Source: the human T2T-CHM13v2.0 reference genome, Homo sapiens
Assembly: GCF_009914755.1 (NCBI RefSeq)
Contig: NC_060936.1
DNA length: 64,000 bases
Strand: one strand, 5' to 3'
How positions within the stretch are numbered: position 1 is the stretch's first letter; each line of letters opens with the position of its first letter. A program made the position numbers and the translations under genes. The notes under the pieces are model-generated. The model saw only the letters and a program-made list of their open reading frames with translations, did not search any database and was not told the origin of the DNA. Positions 56,980-64,000 of this stretch are shown here, piece by piece.

Positions 56980-58160
56980 TACAGATACTTCCAATTCAAG
57001 AAGGTCAAAACTGACCGCAAGCTCCTAACAAAGCAAGCTCTCCTTTTTTAATTCTCCTTTTCATTAGATGCTATTCCATTTGCATTCAGTCAGGAACAGA
57101 GATACTTGGGGGTCATCCCCGACTCCTCTTCATCATCAGTTTCCACATCCAGTCTACTTGCAATGTTTGACAACATACTTCATAACTATCCTTTATCAGT
57201 TTTCTTCTTTGTCACCCACATTAACAAGGATTAAGATCAGCTACTTAGTGTCTCTTGCAGTGGCTGTACAATCATGTTGTGGTTTCCCTGATGCCACTTG
57301 TGTACCCTTCATATTCCTCTGTCCTAAATTGGCCAGAGTGATATTATTAAAATGTAAATATGGCCATGTCATTCCTATTCGAAATTCTGCAAGAACTTAT
57401 GACAAATAATGTTCTATATGATGTGCCACTGCTTAACTCTCCAAATTGATTATCTGATAAATTCTGTTTCAAATGTTATCTTTCAATGTGTGTTTTTACC
57501 TACATAAACAATAATATGTTACCTGTTAGGACCAAGCACTGGGGATACAAAAAAAGTAATATATGGTCCCAACTGCTAAAAAGGCCACAGGCATGTAAAC
57601 AAAAACTAACAAAGTTTTTGTAATAGTAGAGATATCCACCATATTTGATGACAACACAGGATGGGCTGAGGATAGCTAAATATACTTATTTATTTTCCGT
57701 TTATACACCAACTAGTGCACTTTGACTTTCTCTCCTTACCACTTTGCAACAGGTGCATCTTTCAAGGTCATGAACATTTTTAATTTCTTATTGAACAATA
57801 ATATTTGACATACCCAAAAGATAATCTCTTTTAAACTTTATAATCCTTTGGCGTACATTAGAAAATTAGACTCTATAATTCTGTTTTCTCCTTAATAACA
57901 CTTTGTTTTGTTTTCTCTTAGAGTCATCCAGCTCTGTTTCCTCTTAACCACTGTGTTCTACTCTTTATTATCCTTAAATGCTTGTTGAACAACCTCATCC
58001 ACTTTCATACATATCAACTACTTACTTTATATTGTAATGTTTCACAGATGTCTGTCTCTAGGCTTGACCATCCTTTTGAGATTTGGATTCCTACATCTGA
58101 CTACTTAACAGGTGTATATCCTCTAGATACTCCTGAAACAAGGTCTATATGCCCCATGCT
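56980..58160. mobile_element. Degraded L2 fragments
   Basis: GCCAGAGTGATATTATTAAAATGTAAATATGGCCATGTCATTCC and related motifs. Confidence 0.5.
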
Positions 58161-58400
58161 ATGAAGCAGCATCAAACATTCTAGTCCCCACATGTATCAT
58201 CATATCGTTCTGATTGTATATTTTATCTTTCTCTTGTATTAGGTAGTTTTTAGAAAGAATACAAGTCTTGTACTCATTCTTTTGTAATTATTGCCAAATA
58301 TTTTATTCTTTTTGATGCAATATTCAATGGAATTATTCATTTAATTATCAGATTTTTAATTATATCTATTTGATTACAATTGATTTTTTCTGTAGAGACT

Positions 58401-58405
<5 letters not shown>

Positions 58406-58431
<26 letters not shown>

Positions 58432-58567
58432 GACTACTATTTGATATATTGCCCAGGTTAGAGTGCAGTGCCTATTCACAGGCATGATTGTAACACACTA
58501 CAGACTCAAACTCCTGGACTCAACCTATTCCCCTACTTCAGCCTCCCAAGTAGCTGGGACTACAGGC
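58406..58567 (-). mobile_element. (TG)n plus FAM/FLAM-like Alu monomer
   Basis: TTGCCCAGGTTAGAGTGCAGTGCCTATTCACAGGC. Confidence 0.75.
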
Positions 58568-58704
58568 TTTGAAGGCAATTGATTTTTGTATATTGATCTT
58601 GCATCCTGTCACTTTGATAAACTCACTTATTAGATCTAATAGCATTTTGTGGATTTCTGAGGACTTTCTATATAGAAGATCATGTTATCTGCAAATAGTG
58701 GTTT

Positions 58705-58954
58705 TTTAATTAATTAATTTATTCTTGGCTCACTGCAACCTCCGCCTCCTTGGTTCAAGTGATTCTTCTGCCTCAGCCTCCTGAGTAGCTGGGACTACAG
58801 GCATGTGCCACCATGCCCAGCTAATTTTTGTATTTTTAGTAGAGACAGTGTTTCACTATGTTGGCCAGGATGGTCTCAATCTCTTGACCTCGTGATCTGC
58901 CTGCCTCTGCCTCCCAAAGTACTGGGATTACAGGCATGAGCCACCCCGCCTGGC
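58705..58954 (-). mobile_element. AluS (Sc-like) with part of the right arm missing
   Basis: GGCCAGGATGGTCTCAATCTCTTGACCTCGTGATC. Confidence 0.85.
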
Positions 58955-60740
58955 TTATTTATTTATCTTTAAAATTTGCATGTATTTTATTTATTATTCT
59001 TCCTCATTACCCTAGATACCAGTACAATGTGAAATGGAAGGGTGAATGTGATTTTTTTTTTCCATAGAGGAAGCATTTCTTCTTCTTTTACCACTAAGTA
59101 TGATATCAGCTGTGTATTAATCATAGATGCCCTTTATCAGGTTTGAGGTTGAGGTTGAAGTTTGTCAGGTTGAAGACATTCCCTACTGTTCCTAGTTTGT
59201 TGAGTATTCTTTTCAGGAAAGGGTTTGAGATTTTGTCAAATGCTTTTCCTACATATATTGAGATGACTATGTGATTTTTGTCTTTTATTCTTATTAGTAT
59301 GGTATATTACATGGATTAATTTTCAGATGTTAATTCAAACTTACATTTCTGGGATAAATCCTACTTGACCATGGTACATCGTCCTTTTTGTATGTTGCAA
59401 CATTTGATTTGCCAGTATTTTGTTGAGGATATTTGCAAGATGTGTTTATCATATTTTGGTATCAAGATAATGCTAGCCTAATAAAATGAATTGGAATATG
59501 TTTCCTCCTCTTTCATACTTTGGAAGAGTTTGCAAGGGACAAATATTATTCTTTGAATGTTTGGTAGAATTTACCAGTGAAGCTGAGACTGGGCTTTACA
59601 TTGTAGGTAGCTTTTAAAATATCAGTTCAATTCCTTCAATTATTAAAAGACTATTCCAATGTTCTACTTCTTCTTGAATTAGTTTTGTTAATTTATTTAT
59701 TTCTAGAGCATTGTCCACTTTATTCAGGTTATCATATTTGTTGGCATATAGTTGTTGATAATATTAACTTACAATCCTTGTATTTCTATAAGATCAGTAA
59801 TAATGCCTCTTCTTTTATTCCTGATTTACTAATTTGAGTCTTTTATGGTTTCATTTATGTCAGGCTAGCTAAACTTTGCCATTTTGTTGATTTGTTAACA
59901 AACCAACTTTTAGTTTGGTTGATTTCCTCTATTGTTTTTCCAATCTCAATTTCATTCATTTTCACTCTAATCTTTATCATGCCTCTCCTGCTTCCTTTGG
60001 GTTTTATTTGTTTTTCTTTTCCCAGTTTTTCAGGGGAAAGCTTATATTATTTGAAATTTGAGATTTTTTAAATGTAGGCATTTATAACTATAAATTTCTC
60101 TCTAATCACTGCTTTACCTGCATCCTATAGATTCATCCATGTTGTGGCTTTGTTTTCATTTATCTCATGGTATTTTCTAATTTCTTTTGCTATTTCTTCT
60201 TTGAATGATTAGTTATTTAGGAATGTGTTTTTAAATTTCTACTTGTTTTGAATTTCCCAAATTTTCTTTTATTATTAATTTCTAATTTCATTCCATTGTG
60301 GTCACAAAACATACTATGTATGATTTTATTCCTTTTACATATATTGAGGTTTGTTTTATGGAGTAACTTATGGTCTATCCTGGAGAATGTGCCATATACA
60401 CTTGAGAATGTGTTCTAGGGATATCTGTTAGTTATCATTGATTTATAGTGTTGATCAAGTCTTCCATTTCCATGTTGATTTCTACCTAGTTTTTCTATCC
60501 ATTACTGAAAGTGAGCTAATAATATCTCCCACTATTACTTATTATTGAATTGCCAATTTCCCCCTTCAATTCTGTCAATTTTAAAAAATATATTCTAGGG
60601 CTGTCTTTAGGTCCATATATGTTCATAATTGTTTTCTTGCTTACGAACTTATACCTTTTCGTTTAAATGTTCTTCTTTGTCTCCAGTAACAAGTTTGCCT
60701 TAACATTCATTGGCATATACTTGTTGATGATATTATCTTA

Positions 60741-61088
<348 letters not shown>

Positions 61089-62196
61089 TCATTCTTTTAT
61101 TCTATACTAATAGTATAGCCACTACAGCTCTGTTTTGTTTACTATTTGCATGGTATATTTTTTTCATCCTTATATTTTGAACTTATATGTGTGTTTAAAT
61201 TTAACATGTGTCTCTGGTAGACAGAATACATGTGGATCATGTAGTTTTACCAAAAATTCATTCAACTAACTTCTGCCTTTTGATAGGAGAATTAAATTCA
61301 TTTATATTTATTATAATTGCCAACATAGTAGGATTTACAGCTGGCATTTTGCTATTTGTTTCTATATGTCTTATGTCTTTTTCTTTGTCTATTCTTTCAT
61401 TACTGTTTTCTTTTGTACTAAATTAATATTTTCTCATGTGCTATTTAAAACCCCTGTTTCTTTTACCGTATTTTAGGATTTTTCTTAGTGATAGCCCTGA
61501 GCATTACAATTAAAATATTAACTTAAATATTTAGTTCAGATTAAGACCAAATTGATTTCAATAATAGTATATGAAAGTTTATTTTAATAGAGTTCCATTT
61601 CATCATCGCTTCTTTATGTTCTTATTTTCATACTTATAAGCCCATTGATACAGTTTTAATACTTTAGCCATTATTTTTAAATCGAGTAGGAGAAGAAAAT
61701 AATTATAAACAAAAATATATTTATACTTTCATTTATATTGACCTATGTGGTTACCTTACTGCTCTCATTTACTTTTTGATGTGAATTCAAGTAAAATTTT
61801 AGTGCCTTAATTTCTGATTGAAGGATTTTCTTTAGTGGTTCTTATAAGATATGTCTGCTAGTAACAAATTCTCTCCATTTTCATTTATATGAATATCTCT
61901 GTATTTCCCCTTCAATTTTGAAGGATAGTTTTACTTGACGTAGAATTATTGGCTGACTGATATTTTCTTTTAGAACTTTGAACATGTCATTGTACTGTAT
62001 TCTGGTTATTAATATTATTGAGGATTCATTGTATGTGATAAGTTTTTCTTCTTTCACTGTTTTTAAGAATCTATGTCTTTGGCTTTCAACAGTTTGAATA
62101 TTTTGTGTCTAGGTGCAGTTCTCTGAGTTTATCTTACTTGAAGTTCATTAAACATTTTGGATATAGAGATTAAATGTTTTTCATCAAATTTTAGAG

Positions 62197-62410
62197 TTCC
62201 AGCCTTGAAAATATAGTAAGACTACATCTCTGCTAAAATTTTAAAAAATAGCAATTTAGCCAGGCATGGTGATATGTGCCTGCAGTCCCAGTTGCTTGGG
62301 AGTCTGAGGCAAAAGGATCACTTGGGCCCAGGAGTTCAAAGTTGAAGTGAACTATGATTGCCATTGCACTCTAGCCTGGGAAACAGAAAGAAACTTTGTC
62401 TAAAAATAAA
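62197..62410 (+). mobile_element. AluJ-like fragment
   Basis: TTAGCCAGGCATGGTG...GGGCCCAGGAGTTCAAAGTTGAAGTGAACTATGATTG. Confidence 0.75.
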
Positions 62411-64000
62411 TTTTTTGAGAAGTTTTTGGAATTTTTTTTCAAATATTCTTCCCATTTCTCTCCCTCTCTCTTTCTAGGATTTCCATTATGTGTATATTGT
62501 AACACTTGTTGATGTTCTACAGGTGTCTGAGGCTCTGTTCAGTTTTTCTTTATTCTATTTCCTTTTCATTATTCCGACTGAATATACTCAATCACCAATT
62601 TTCAAGTGCACTGATTCTTTCTTCTGTCAATTCAAATCTTCTGTTAATTCCATCTAGTGATTTTTTTTTTAATTTCATGTATTGGACTTACCTATACCAC
62701 AATATTTCTTTCTTTCTTTTTATAATTTCACTTTATGGATAAGCTCTATTATGTGAGATATTGTTCTCACACTTTTCTTTCACTCTGTAGAAAAAGATTT
62801 TTCCTTTGTTTCTTGAATAAATTTATAATAGCTTATATAAATTCTTTGCCTAGTTAAGTTCAAATCTGAACTTCCTCAGGGATAATTTATTTTTACTTTT
62901 TTTCTATGTAGGGGCCACCCTTACCTGTCTGTTTGCATGTCTCATTTTTTTAATTGAAAACTGAACATTTTAATTCACATAATGTGGCAAATTTGTAAAT
63001 CAAATCCATAGCTGGTTGTTATTGCTGTTTCGATGTGGCTAATGCTGGTTTTTAGTGGTTTTCCTGGACTTATTCTGTAAAAGCTGTATTTTCTGTCATG
63101 TGCAGCTTTTGAAGTCTCTGCTCAAAAGACTATCTTAGTGATAATCTCATGACTAGACGTCATCTTTGGATGACTTAATCCAGTAAGTTTTCTACCCCTT
63201 GCCAAATGATTCTGTGCTTGTGTTGGAACATGGAATCAATGCTTTGGCAGTTTACAGCTCTGCCTTCTTGTCTTTCTTTACTGGTCATTCAGAGGCTCAT
63301 AATCAGCTGGAGTTAAAAGATTAGTGATTCTGCATGACTTTCCTGAGCATGTACATATTTTTACACATGCATGTGGGCCAGATCATCAGAAAGATCTCCG
63401 TGTTTTTCAAGGCTCTTATAGTTACCTGATTTCCAGATCTCCCTTTTCAGATTTTTTGGCCAGCCTTTCATTTGTCCCGGTTGCTATCACTGCCTCACAT
63501 AGATGAGATCCTAAATAATTGCTGCTGATTGTTTTTGAAAAATTACCTAGGGATGTTTATTTTTAATTTTTTTTCCTTTTTTTTTCATCGAGTGAGCTCT
63601 GGGTCCATTCAAATAAAGACAATTCCTATAAATGGGACTTTTCCAGGGAACTGCCAGACATATCAAATAGTGACAATTCTCTAGAAATAAGGAATTTTTG
63701 AGGTGCTGTTAACTTGGTCTATGTTCTCTATGTTCAGTGATGGCTAGACTGTTGGTTTCAATAGCTGTCATCATAGTGAACCTGTTGGTTTTCAAGGCTG
63801 CTATGGAGCTGAGAGGGCAAATTAAGACACTAAGAGGTTCACAGCTTTTGCCAAGATTCTGCTATTTTTCATGAATAAATACTCAGACCGTTGCAAGCCT
63901 TTGGTTAATTTCCAGAGTTCCAAAATGATTTTAACAATTATTGACTGTTTTCTCATTGTGCTCATGGAAGAATAGATTTTTGATGTCCTTACTATGCCAT

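Overview
Primate, most likely human, genomic DNA. It is AT-rich and roughly half interspersed repeats, with no protein-coding exon I can support. One CpG island (~12.8-14.5 kb) holds a minus-strand non-coding first exon (~14200 to 13927, donor ACG|GTAATG). I recognise this from memory, not from a search, as the 5' UTR exon 1 of SLC6A15 (neutral amino-acid transporter B0AT2). On that reading, bases 1-13926 are intron 1 and everything above ~15 kb is upstream intergenic DNA. The rest is L1s, Alus, MaLR/ERV1 LTRs, Tigger/MER DNA transposons, an HSMAR2 mariner and microsatellites; subfamily names and most boundaries are by eye. The most notable items are: (1) a TSD-flanked SNRPD2 retrocopy inside an old, TSD-flanked, end-to-end L1; (2) a 183-bp, ~90%-identical inverted self-duplication inside an intronic L1; (3) two L1 3' ends in tandem inside one TSD pair; (4) a solo LTR plus octamer/CRE/GC-box module facing antisense to the gene; (5) a 53-bp Z-DNA-prone tract at the presumed TSS; (6) five CACGTG E-boxes around the promoter. 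I see no evidence for a new multi-gene biological system.
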